From contig CAZLVL010000009.1 in assembly GCA_964563155.1 (NCBI GenBank), forward strand, positions 32,206-96,205: a DNA stretch of 64,000 nucleotides. The letters run 5' to 3'. Of the stretch, positions 11,382 through 20,332 are shown one piece after another. The translations under genes and the position numbers were made by a program. This DNA is from an uncultured Clostridiaceae bacterium (lineage in GTDB: Bacteria; Bacillota; Clostridia; DUPQ01). Under the pieces are notes generated by a model. That model was not told where the DNA came from, made no database searches, and saw nothing but the letters and a program-made list of their open reading frames with translations. The number at the start of each line of letters is the position of its first letter. Within the stretch, counting starts at the first letter, position 1.

Positions 11382-12809
11382 TTGGCTGACAAGGAAAAGC
11401 AAGAAAAAGAATATTTTGAAGAGATTGTTGAAAACACTAGTCCAATTTATTTAGAACAAATTGGGGAAGAGGATTCAGATTCTCTTGAGGTAGACAGTAT
11501 TTTCTCAGAAAAAGAAGATGAATTGGTAAAAAAAGATATTTTTACCAAGATTAAAGATAAATTCTTTGATTTTCTAGATGGTATTTGGACCTTTTTTACA
11601 AAAGAAGAAATAGAAAAAAGAAGAATTAAAAGAGAAAATAAACCGGTTACCATAGTGGTTTACAAGCCAAAGAGCCAATTTAGGAAGTTTTTAACCTTAA
11701 TGACCTGGTTAGTTTTCCTTTTTCTTTTAGCCTTTGTTTTTTACAAGGGTTATACCTTTACAAATGATCTGGTAAAAGAAATAAATAAGTTTGATGCTAA
11801 AACAGCTATAGGAGAAATATCAGAAGAGAATCAGAAGATTTTAGACATACCCTCTGGTGCAACCACCAAAGACATTTCTAATATTCTCTTTGAAGAAGGT
11901 ATTATTTCCAATGAAACATATTTCTGGGTTTATTCTCTTTTAATGGGAAATGAAGGAAATTACAAGTCTGGAAAACATATGATTGACTCATCTGTTACCT
12001 ATGACTCAGGAGACTTTGATATTATAACTGCCCAAGGCTATGAAATGCTCATATACATATTAGCCCAAGACAGCATTCCCAATCCAACAGAACGTATCTT
12101 TTTTACAGAGGGATTAACCTTTGAGCAAACTGTTAATCTTTTTACAGAAAAAGGTATTGGTAGTAAAAAAGGATTTTATGATGCTGGAGATAAGTTTGAT
12201 TTTGATTATGACTTTTTAGATCAAATTCCTGAAGATAGAAGAAGGACTAATAGATTAGAGGGCTATCTCTTTCCTGACACCTATATTTTCGATGTAACTG
12301 TAGATGAAAGTGAAAATATTGAAAAGATGCTTCATAACTTTGATAATAAGTTTAATGAGACATACAGGGAAAAGGCTGAGCTTATGGGCTATACCATAGA
12401 TGAAATAGTAATTATTGCTTCTTTGTTAGAAAAAGAAGCTGCTACCATGAGCGAAAGGGCAATGATTGCAGGTGTTATATATAATCGTTTGAATTCTACA
12501 GACTCTTCTATGAATTATCTGCAAATAGATGCTACCATTCAATATCTATACATTAATGAAACAGGTCATGTTAAAGAATTTTTAACCTATGAAGATCAAA
12601 GAATCTTGAACAGTTACAACACCTATGTTTATTCAGGTTTACCACCTGGACCAATATGCAATCCATCTTTAAGCAGTATTGCAGCAGCTCTATACCCAGA
12701 AAGCCACAACTACTACTATTATGTAGCTAAAAATGATGGAACTGATGCCCATGCTTATGCAAGAACCTTAGCAGAACACAATTACAATGTAAGTATTTAC
12801 ATGAAATAA
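11382..12809 (+). CDS. mltG: Endolytic murein transglycosylase MltG (YceG family) with long N-terminal cytoplasmic/TM extension
   Basis: LEGYLFPDTY catalytic motif, a single TM helix (LTLMTWLVFLFLLAFVFY), TTG start after a GGGAG RBS. Confidence 0.85.
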   Translation: MADKEKQEKEYFEEIVENTSPIYLEQIGEEDSDSLEVDSIFSEKEDELVKKDIFTKIKDKFFDFLDGIWTFFTKEEIEKRRIKRENKPVTIVVYKPKSQFRKFLTLMTWLVFLFLLAFVFYKGYTFTNDLVKEINKFDAKTAIGEISEENQKILDIPSGATTKDISNILFEEGIISNETYFWVYSLLMGNEGNYKSGKHMIDSSVTYDSGDFDIITAQGYEMLIYILAQDSIPNPTERIFFTEGLTFEQTVNLFTEKGIGSKKGFYDAGDKFDFDYDFLDQIPEDRRRTNRLEGYLFPDTYIFDVTVDESENIEKMLHNFDNKFNETYREKAELMGYTIDEIVIIASLLEKEAATMSERAMIAGVIYNRLNSTDSSMNYLQIDATIQYLYINETGHVKEFLTYEDQRILNSYNTYVYSGLPPGPICNPSLSSIAAALYPESHNYYYYVAKNDGTDAHAYARTLAEHNYNVSIYMK

Positions 12810-12810
12810 A

Positions 12811-13464
12811 ATGGACAATGAATTCACTCTAGTAGAAAAAGAAGTAGAAGATTATATTCGTAGCTTACTTAATCCTCTTAAGGATGACTTGTTTTCTTTA
12901 TACAAAAAAGCAAAAGATAAGCATGTACCAGTGGCAAAATTGGAAGTGCTTAGTGCTCTAGGTGTATTATTTACCATTAAAAGACCTAAAAAAGTCCTAG
13001 AATTGGGAAGTGCTGTGGGTATTTCCTCTATTTTTCTTTCTGATTATTTAGCAGATGATGGCTTTATAGATACGGTAGAAAATGATCCTAAGGTATTTGA
13101 AGTGCTAAAAGAGAATATAGGGTCTTTTGGCCTTGAAAAGGTGATAAACCCCATATTTGCTGATGCCAAGGATTATCTTTTAAACATTGAACAAAAGTAT
13201 GATATTATATTTATCGATGCGGCAAAGGGTCAATATGAGAATTATTTTCATTTGAGTCGCAGACTTTTAGAAGACAAAGGAATTATTATAGCTGATAACG
13301 TTTTATACAAGGGAAGTGTGGCAAAAGGCCAAGATATACCTTTTAAAAAGAAGACATTGATACGAAACTTACGCTCCTTTTTAGAAACAATTACAAAAGA
13401 TCCAGACTTTGAAACCACAGTGTTACCCATATCAGATGGTTTATCAGTATCGGTAAAAAAATGA
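12811..13464 (+). CDS. Class I SAM-dependent O-methyltransferase (YrrM/TrmR-like)
   Basis: VLELGSAVGISS SAM motif, IFIDAAK motif of the caffeoyl-CoA OMT-like family, position after mltG as in Bacillus yrrL-yrrM. Confidence 0.75.
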   Translation: MDNEFTLVEKEVEDYIRSLLNPLKDDLFSLYKKAKDKHVPVAKLEVLSALGVLFTIKRPKKVLELGSAVGISSIFLSDYLADDGFIDTVENDPKVFEVLKENIGSFGLEKVINPIFADAKDYLLNIEQKYDIIFIDAAKGQYENYFHLSRRLLEDKGIIIADNVLYKGSVAKGQDIPFKKKTLIRNLRSFLETITKDPDFETTVLPISDGLSVSVKK

Positions 13465-14711
13465 AAAAACCAGAATTACTAGCCCCAGCAGGAAACATGG
13501 AAAAGATGAGGATGGCATACAACTATGGTGCAGATGCTGTCTATTTAGGGCTGGACAAGTTTAACCTTAGAGAAAAGGCTGATAATTTTACCTATGAAAG
13601 ATTAGAAAAAGCCTTAAAATATGCCAAATCTTTAAACAAAAAGCTTTATGTTACCTTAAATATCCTACCTAAGAACAAAGACCTTAATGAAATAGGAAAG
13701 GTGCTAGATGAGTTAAATAATATAAAGCCGGATGCAGTCATAATTGCGGATATTGGCTTAATTGGCATGGCTAAAAAGCATGCCAGTAATATAGATATTC
13801 ATGTAAGCACTCAAGCAAATATTATGAATGTGGAAAGTGCCAAGACCTTTTGTCAAATGGGGGCAAAAAGATTAATACTTGCCAGAGAACTATCATTAAA
13901 GGAAGTTGCTGAGATTAAAGAAGCTGTAGGAAATGAACATGAAATAGAGGTTTTTGTACATGGGTCCATGTGTGTTTCATACTCAGGAAGGTGCCTTTTA
14001 AGCTCCTATATGGCCTCAAGAGATGCAAACTATGGAGACTGTGCCCAGCCTTGTCGTTGGAGATATGCTCTCGTGGAAGAAAAAAGACCTGGTAAATATT
14101 ACCCTATATATGAAGATGAAAAGGGAACATATATCCTAAACTCTAAAGACTTGAAGATGATTGATTATATGGAAGACTTATACAATAGCAAGATTGATAG
14201 CTTTAAAATTGAAGGTAGAATGAAAAGCGTCTTTTATGTAGCCAGCGTTACAAAGGCCTATAGAGATGCTATTGATGACTATTACCAATCTCCAAGCTTG
14301 TATAAAGATAAATTAGACTATTACAATGAGCTTGTAAGTATGGCAAGCCACAGACAATATACCTCTGCCTATGGAATTGAAGATGACTTAGATATGACAG
14401 AAAAAACACAAAATGCCATGCACTATGGCACCTCTTCTTATACAAGAGACTACCTGTATGCAGGTCTTGTTTTAGATTATGACCATGATTCGGGTTTAGC
14501 CTTTATTCATGAAGCTAACCCAGTCTTCTTAGGTGATGATATAATCTTAATGTCTCCTAAAAAGGGAAAATATATACAAAAGGTTACTTTTTTAGCTGAT
14601 GAAGAAATGACTCCTATTGAACAAGCCCATCATCCAGCTATGAAATACTATATGAAAACCGACTATCCTCTAGAAAAGGATACCATATTGATTAAAGAGG
14701 TGGCTAAATGA
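13461..14711 (+). CDS. Peptidase U32 family protein (YrrO/TrhP-like, tRNA hydroxylation-associated)
   Basis: MKKPELLAPAG N-terminus and the VHGSMCVSYSGRCLLS motif typical of the U32 family. Start overlaps the upstream stop (ATGA). Confidence 0.85.
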   Translation: MKKPELLAPAGNMEKMRMAYNYGADAVYLGLDKFNLREKADNFTYERLEKALKYAKSLNKKLYVTLNILPKNKDLNEIGKVLDELNNIKPDAVIIADIGLIGMAKKHASNIDIHVSTQANIMNVESAKTFCQMGAKRLILARELSLKEVAEIKEAVGNEHEIEVFVHGSMCVSYSGRCLLSSYMASRDANYGDCAQPCRWRYALVEEKRPGKYYPIYEDEKGTYILNSKDLKMIDYMEDLYNSKIDSFKIEGRMKSVFYVASVTKAYRDAIDDYYQSPSLYKDKLDYYNELVSMASHRQYTSAYGIEDDLDMTEKTQNAMHYGTSSYTRDYLYAGLVLDYDHDSGLAFIHEANPVFLGDDIILMSPKKGKYIQKVTFLADEEMTPIEQAHHPAMKYYMKTDYPLEKDTILIKEVAK

Positions 14712-15964
14712 CAAAAACCCTAGGATTTATTGGCGCAGGCAATATGGGTAGAGCTCTAATAAATGGCATAAAAAATGAAAAGCTTATTATACATATCTTA
14801 GATTCTGATAAGAAAAAGCTTTCAGAATTTAAAGATGAAAATCTTTATATTGCAGATAATTTAAAAGAGCTTCTAGAAAAATCAGATATTATCTTTTTAT
14901 CTATAAAACCTCAAGGAATGGAAGGTTTGCTTAAAGATATTAGTGAATATGGGGATTTAATAAAGGATAAGGTTTTTGTTATCATAGCAGCTGGTCTAAA
15001 AAAAGAATTTTACAAAAGAATAATAAAAGATATAAAGATTATTAGAACCATGCCTAATATGCCCTTGAGTATAGGTTTAGGTGTAACAACTGTACTTTTA
15101 GATAGGGAAGACTTTGCAGATGAGTATGATTTTGTAATTGATTTATTGAAGAATATGGGTCTAGTGCAAGAAGTGGAGGATGAAAGTCTATTTGATGTTC
15201 TAACAGCTGTAGCTGGTTCTGGACCTGCTTTTGTATTTTCTTTTATAAGGGCTTTGGAAGACTCTCTTGTTAAAGAAGGTATAGATAAAGAAGATGCTAG
15301 ACAAGTGGCATCTATGACCCTTATAGGCTCTGCTTCATATGCTAAGGAAAATCCAATGGACCTTTCTTTACTTATAGATTCAATTTGTTCTCCACAAGGT
15401 ACAAGCATTGAGGGAGTTAAGGTTTTAGAAGCAAATAACTTTGAAGATATAATTAAAAAAGCAGTCAAGGCTTCTAAAGATAGGTCTAGAGAAATGAGTT
15501 TAGATTTTCTTGGTGAAAAACCAGAATGCTCTGATGTGGATATATATACTGATGGAGCCTGTCGTTTTAATCCAGGACCTGGAGGCTATGCAGCTATTTT
15601 AATGGCTTGCGGAAAAGAAAAGGAAATTACAGGTTTTAAACAACATACTACAAACAATGAAATGGAATTAAAGGCTGCTCTAGAGGGCTTAAAAGCCTTA
15701 AAAAGACCAAGTAAAGTCACCCTTTATTCTGACTCAGCTTATTTAGTAAATGGCTTTAATTTAGGTTGGGTTAGCTCCTGGAGCAAAAATGGATGGACTA
15801 GACCTAAAAATGAACCTATAAAAAACTTAGAATTGTGGCAAGAACTATTTGAAATGAACAAGGTTCACAGTATTACTTGGGTTAAGGTAAAGGGTCATGC
15901 AGACAATGAATATAATAATAGGTGCGATCGTTTGGCTAACCAGGCAATCTTGGAAAATACTTAA
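14708..15964 (+). CDS. Fusion protein: pyrroline-5-carboxylate reductase (aa 1-264) + ribonuclease HI (aa 277-418)
   Basis: GFIGAGNMG Rossmann fold and a ProC C-terminal dimerisation region. This is followed in frame by RNase HI motifs DIYTDGAC, NNEMELKA, LYSDSAY and GHADNEYNNRCDRLA. Confidence 0.85.
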   Translation: MTKTLGFIGAGNMGRALINGIKNEKLIIHILDSDKKKLSEFKDENLYIADNLKELLEKSDIIFLSIKPQGMEGLLKDISEYGDLIKDKVFVIIAAGLKKEFYKRIIKDIKIIRTMPNMPLSIGLGVTTVLLDREDFADEYDFVIDLLKNMGLVQEVEDESLFDVLTAVAGSGPAFVFSFIRALEDSLVKEGIDKEDARQVASMTLIGSASYAKENPMDLSLLIDSICSPQGTSIEGVKVLEANNFEDIIKKAVKASKDRSREMSLDFLGEKPECSDVDIYTDGACRFNPGPGGYAAILMACGKEKEITGFKQHTTNNEMELKAALEGLKALKRPSKVTLYSDSAYLVNGFNLGWVSSWSKNGWTRPKNEPIKNLELWQELFEMNKVHSITWVKVKGHADNEYNNRCDRLANQAILENT

Positions 15965-17916
15965 TGGCAAAAAAATATTTACAAATTAATAATTCACCTG
16001 AAAGTGATTTTTTACTAGGTCTCTTTGAGTCCATTTTTTTGAAAAGTAGAAAAGGAAAAAACAAGCTTAATAAATCAAAGTTTGCTAAATTAGCCTCTTC
16101 TTTAAATTATGCTTTTAAGCAAAATATTACAGAAAAATCTGCTGAAGAATACTTAAAGAGAAACAAACACATATTATATACAGCCCAACCCTATTGGGAT
16201 ATTTTGAAGCTACCTTCTCATCAATTAGAAACAATTTTTAGGAAGATGGCGTCATGTGAACTATATATTTACGAAAGATACAAGACTGGAAATCGGTTTT
16301 ATCCAGATGTCTTTGAAATATTTGAAGATAAGAGAAACATTAATAAATTAAAGTTTAATAATGTCCTAACCATTTATGTAAATGGATATTTAAGAAAACA
16401 AACCAGAGAACAAATATTAGAGCTTATTCCTAAAAATCCTAAGGATGAATTTCCTGAGGTTAGAAATATAAAAAGACACTTTATTCTCCACATAGGACTA
16501 ACCAATACAGGTAAAACCTATAATGCTCTTTTAGCCCTAAAAAAATCAAAAAGTGGGGCTTATCTATCACCTTTAAGACTATTAGCCTTGGAAGTGCAAG
16601 AAAGACTTAATGAAGATGGTATACCATGCTCTTTGCTAACCGGAGAAGAAGAAGATATTTTAAAAAATGCCATGCACATATCTTCTACAGTTGAAAAGGC
16701 TGATTACAGAAATGACTATGATTGTGTAGTTATTGATGAGTGTCAATTAATTCAAGACCAATCTAGAGGTTCTTGGTGGACAAAAGCCATATTAGGTATG
16801 AAGTCAAAAGAAATCCATCTTTGTGCTGCTCCTGAGGCTGTAGAGATCCTTTTGAAGATAATAAAAGACTGTGATGATAGTTTTGAGGTGCGAGAATACA
16901 AAAGAGATACAGAATTAGTCTTTTCCAAAACACCCTTTACCTTTAGAAAAATTGATAAAGGAGATGCCCTAGTAGTCTTTTCTAGAAAAAGTGTTTTAAA
17001 CGTAGCCCAAGAATTAAATGCAAGGGGAATAAAAACCTCAATTATCTACGGAGCCCTCCCATATAAAACTAGAAAAGAACAATTAAAACTATTTACTCAG
17101 GGAAAAACTGATGTGGTAGTGGCTACAGATGCTATTGGAATGGGATTAAATCTTCCAATAAAAAGGATAGTATTTTTAGAATCTGAAAAGTTTGATGGTA
17201 CAGAAACTAGACCCTTATTACCCTGGGAGGTAAAACAGATTGCTGGTAGAGCTGGAAGAAAGGGAATTTATGACAAGGGCTTTGTAAGTATTGCTTTTAA
17301 AGAACCTAACTTTGAGGAAAAGTTAAGACTTGCAAATGAACCTTTAAAATATGCTTACCTTGGATTTTCAGATGTGTTATTGGATATTGATTGTGATTTA
17401 ATAGAGACTTTAAAAATTTGGAAATCTATTGCTACAGGTGGCTTTTATGTAAAGCAAGACATAGATAGGACCTTAAACCTTTGTGAAAAGCTTATGAGGA
17501 TATATGATGGTTTTGATAAAAAAGAACTTCTCAAACTAGCATCAATTCCTTTTGATGAGGATAATAAAACAGTATCAGCCCTATTTAATGAATATGTTCT
17601 TTTGTATTCTTATTCTCAAAGTATTTTTAAGCCTGAATTAGAATATGAATCTTTGTATGACCTAGAAGATTACTATAAATGCTTGGATTTGTATTACTCT
17701 TTTTCAAAGAATATGGGTTATGAACCTGACCTTTTATGGCTAAAAGAAATGAAGGCTGAAATAGCTGAAAAAATAAACAAGTTACTCTTAGACCAAGGTC
17801 TAGCTAAAAAAAGAAGATGTACCATGTGTAATAGGACCTTACAGAAAAACTATCATATGGATATATGTCGTAATTGTTTGAATGACCTTAAATACCTTGA
17901 TTTTGAAGAGGCTTGA
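15964..17916 (+). CDS. SUV3-like superfamily 2 RNA helicase with C-terminal zinc ribbon
   Basis: Walker A GLTNTGKT, DECQ box, motif VI QIAGRAGRKG, SUV3-like context LSPLRLLALEV/SLLTGEE. C-terminal CTMC-x11-CRNC. The ATG overlaps the upstream stop (TAATG). Confidence 0.7.
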   Translation: MAKKYLQINNSPESDFLLGLFESIFLKSRKGKNKLNKSKFAKLASSLNYAFKQNITEKSAEEYLKRNKHILYTAQPYWDILKLPSHQLETIFRKMASCELYIYERYKTGNRFYPDVFEIFEDKRNINKLKFNNVLTIYVNGYLRKQTREQILELIPKNPKDEFPEVRNIKRHFILHIGLTNTGKTYNALLALKKSKSGAYLSPLRLLALEVQERLNEDGIPCSLLTGEEEDILKNAMHISSTVEKADYRNDYDCVVIDECQLIQDQSRGSWWTKAILGMKSKEIHLCAAPEAVEILLKIIKDCDDSFEVREYKRDTELVFSKTPFTFRKIDKGDALVVFSRKSVLNVAQELNARGIKTSIIYGALPYKTRKEQLKLFTQGKTDVVVATDAIGMGLNLPIKRIVFLESEKFDGTETRPLLPWEVKQIAGRAGRKGIYDKGFVSIAFKEPNFEEKLRLANEPLKYAYLGFSDVLLDIDCDLIETLKIWKSIATGGFYVKQDIDRTLNLCEKLMRIYDGFDKKELLKLASIPFDEDNKTVSALFNEYVLLYSYSQSIFKPELEYESLYDLEDYYKCLDLYYSFSKNMGYEPDLLWLKEMKAEIAEKINKLLLDQGLAKKRRCTMCNRTLQKNYHMDICRNCLNDLKYLDFEEA

Positions 17917-17972
17917 TTCTAGAATAGAATAAGCTAATAAAATATCACTTTTATAAAAAATAGGAGGATTAT

Positions 17973-18632
17973 ATGAAAAAAGCACTTGTGATGTGGGGTG
18001 GATGGAATGGCCATGAGCCTGAAAAAGTAGGTATCATATTTGAAAACCTGTTAAAAAATGAGGGCTATGATGTGCTAAGAACCGACTCCATGGATATACT
18101 TTTTGATTTAGAAAAGCTTAAAACCTTTGATTTATTTGTTCCTGTTTGGACTATGGGAGAGATTAAAAAAGAGCAAGAAGAAAATGTCTCTATAGCTCTA
18201 GGAGAATTTGGAGTTGGAATGGCAGGCTGCCATGGTGGTATGTGTGATTCTTACAGACAAAGCACCAAGTGGCAATTTATCACAGGTTCCCAGTGGGTAG
18301 AACATCCTGGTAATGATGGCACTGAATATATAGTAAATATTAATAAGTCATCAGATTCTGAAATCATAAAAGGAATGAATGACTTTAAGGTAGTTTCAGA
18401 GCAATACTATATCCATGTTGACCCAGTGGTAAATGTTTTAGCTACAACAAGATTTCCAGTCTTTCCAGGCTTTCATGATACAAATGGTGCGGTAGATGTT
18501 CCTGTTGTATATACAAAAAGATGGGGAAAAGCCAGAGTTTTCTATAACTCTCTAGGTCATCTTGCAAATGTTTTTGATATTCCAGAAGCTCTTGAACTTA
18601 TGAGAAGAGGCTTTTTGTGGGCTAGTAGATAA
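17973..18632 (+). CDS. ThuA domain-containing protein
   Basis: 219 aa. The N-terminus KKALVMWGGWNGHEP and overall length resemble the ThuA-like class I amidotransferase-fold family. AGGAGG RBS. Confidence 0.65.
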   Translation: MKKALVMWGGWNGHEPEKVGIIFENLLKNEGYDVLRTDSMDILFDLEKLKTFDLFVPVWTMGEIKKEQEENVSIALGEFGVGMAGCHGGMCDSYRQSTKWQFITGSQWVEHPGNDGTEYIVNINKSSDSEIIKGMNDFKVVSEQYYIHVDPVVNVLATTRFPVFPGFHDTNGAVDVPVVYTKRWGKARVFYNSLGHLANVFDIPEALELMRRGFLWASR

Positions 18633-18679
18633 GAAAAGAAACAAAGAAAATTGTAGAATAGAATATATTGAGGTGTAGA

Positions 18680-19783
18680 ATGGGAAAAATAAATGTCGGT
18701 TTTGTAGGTTGTGGAAATATATCAGGTATTTATTTTAAAAATCTGATTCAAGTATTTAATAATCAAGTAAAGGTATTTGCTTGTGGAGACTTATTTAAAG
18801 AAAAGCAAGATAAGGCTATAGAAGAATATGGTATTGAAAATATAATGACTTTTGAAGAAATGCTAAAAAGTGATGATATTCATATGATTTTAAATATCAC
18901 TCAACCGGCTTTTCACTATGATATTACCAAAAGGGCTTTAGAAGCTGGTAAACATGTCTATTTAGAAAAGCCCTTAAGCTTGTCCTTTGAAGAAGGAAGA
19001 GAATTAGTAGAATTAAGTCAAAAGAAGGGTCTTTTACTAGGTGGAGCTCCAGATACCTTTATGGGTGCTGGTATTCAAACCTGTAAGAAACTTATTGATG
19101 ATGGCTATATTGGTGATATAGTTGGAGCTACAGCCTTTATGATGAGTAAAGGTCATGAATCTTGGCATCCTGACCCAGAATTCTATTACAAACCTGGTGG
19201 CGGACCAATGTTTGACATGGGACCCTACTACATAACAGCTCTTTTAAACCTTATTGGTGAAGTGGAATGGGTGGTAGGTATGAACACTACTGGCTTTGAA
19301 AAAAGAACAATAACCAGTCAACCTAAATATATGCAAGTGATTGATGTAGAAACACCAACCCATATATCTGGTCTTCTAAAATTTAGCTCTGGAGCAACAG
19401 CTTCAATTATTACAACTTTTGATTGTAAAAAAAGCGATCTTCCCCTTATAGAGATATATGGTACAAAGGGAAGTATAAAGGTTCCTGACCCCAATACCTT
19501 TGGTGGACCTGTCTTTTTAGCAACATCAGACGGCAGTGGCTATAAGGAAGTTCCTTTAACCCATATATATGCAGAAAACTCTAGGGGTATTGGCTTAGCT
19601 GATTTGGTAAGCTGTTTAACCACAAAGGATAAGCCCAAAGCTGGGGCTCAACAAATCCTTCATGTTTTAGAAATAATGGATGCAATTTTTACTTCAGATG
19701 AGAAAAAGCAATACTATAAAATGACAACAAAGTATGAAAAACCAGCTCAAATGAGTAGAGATTTAGTTAAGGGGCAAGTATAA
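18680..19783 (+). CDS. Gfo/Idh/MocA family oxidoreductase
   Basis: N-terminal Rossmann INVGFVGCGNISG and the EKPL motif (YLEKPLSL). ATG at 18680 preferred over the tracked TTG at 18668 because GAGGTG lies just upstream. Confidence 0.85.
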   Translation: MGKINVGFVGCGNISGIYFKNLIQVFNNQVKVFACGDLFKEKQDKAIEEYGIENIMTFEEMLKSDDIHMILNITQPAFHYDITKRALEAGKHVYLEKPLSLSFEEGRELVELSQKKGLLLGGAPDTFMGAGIQTCKKLIDDGYIGDIVGATAFMMSKGHESWHPDPEFYYKPGGGPMFDMGPYYITALLNLIGEVEWVVGMNTTGFEKRTITSQPKYMQVIDVETPTHISGLLKFSSGATASIITTFDCKKSDLPLIEIYGTKGSIKVPDPNTFGGPVFLATSDGSGYKEVPLTHIYAENSRGIGLADLVSCLTTKDKPKAGAQQILHVLEIMDAIFTSDEKKQYYKMTTKYEKPAQMSRDLVKGQV

Positions 19784-19791
19784 AAATGTGC

Positions 19792-19820
19792 TTGTTTTAA
19801 CAAAAGTATTATGTTATAGT
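19792..19820 (+). promoter_or_regulatory. Candidate sigma-A promoter for secG
   Basis: TTGTTT (19792-19797), a 17-nt spacer, then TATAGT (19815-19820). Confidence 0.4.
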
Positions 19821-19846
19821 ATTGGAGTTATGTTTGGAGGTTTATT

Positions 19847-20092
19847 ATGAGTGAAGTATTAAAAGTTATTTTAGGAATCGTACATATATTAGTTTGTGTA
19901 ATTGCCATAGTTATTGTTCTTATGCAATCAGGAAAAGAAGGTGGCTTGTCTGGAACCATTACTGGTGGGTCTGAAACCTTTATGGGTAAAGGCAAAAGTA
20001 AAGCAATGGATAAAATCCTATCCAAATACACAGTATATGTTGTAGTCTTTTTCGCTGTTACTTCAATATTTATGTATATAGTACTTAAGTAA
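19847..20092 (+). CDS. secG: Preprotein translocase subunit SecG
   Basis: 81 aa with two TM helices flanking LMQSGKEGGLSGTITGG, a typical SecG loop. Confidence 0.85.
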   Translation: MSEVLKVILGIVHILVCVIAIVIVLMQSGKEGGLSGTITGGSETFMGKGKSKAMDKILSKYTVYVVVFFAVTSIFMYIVLK

Positions 20093-20235
20093 TAAAATTT
20101 GAAACTAAGTAATTATTAATAATTATTAAGTGATTTTAAGTGATTATTAAATAATTATATAGAAAAAAGTTAGTTTTATATGTTACAAGAAAAATGTTTT
20201 AATTTTTAATCTGAGAAGGATAAAATAAATAAAGA

Positions 20236-20275
20236 AACTGTCATTAGATATTAGTCTTCTGACAGTTTTTTCTTA
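20236..20275. terminator. Bidirectional intrinsic terminator between convergent secG and the MFS gene
   Basis: aaactgtca (20236-20244) pairs perfectly with tgacagttt (20260-20268). T-runs on both strands. Confidence 0.6.
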
Positions 20276-20326
20276 TTTATTTATTAATTTATTTATTTAT
20301 TAATTTATTTATATGTTTATTAATTT
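20275..20326. repeat. AT-only 16-nt tandem repeat (2 perfect copies + 1 copy with a 4-nt insertion)
   Basis: atttatttattaattt at 20275-20290 and 20291-20306, then atttat-atgt-ttattaattt. Confidence 0.75.
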
Positions 20327-20332
20327 GTTTAT

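Noticed and set aside
15010-15468. 152-aa minus-strand ORF antisense to proC
   Set aside because: It lies entirely inside a well-supported coding region. The composition is serine- and leucine-rich, typical of antisense frames in AT-rich genes, with no RBS and no recognisable motif.
20093-20332. tmRNA or other structured RNA downstream of secG (secG-rnr-smpB-ssrA synteny in Bacillus)
   Set aside because: The region is almost pure A/T, too short, and lacks a tRNA-like acceptor/T-arm or any GC-rich helices.
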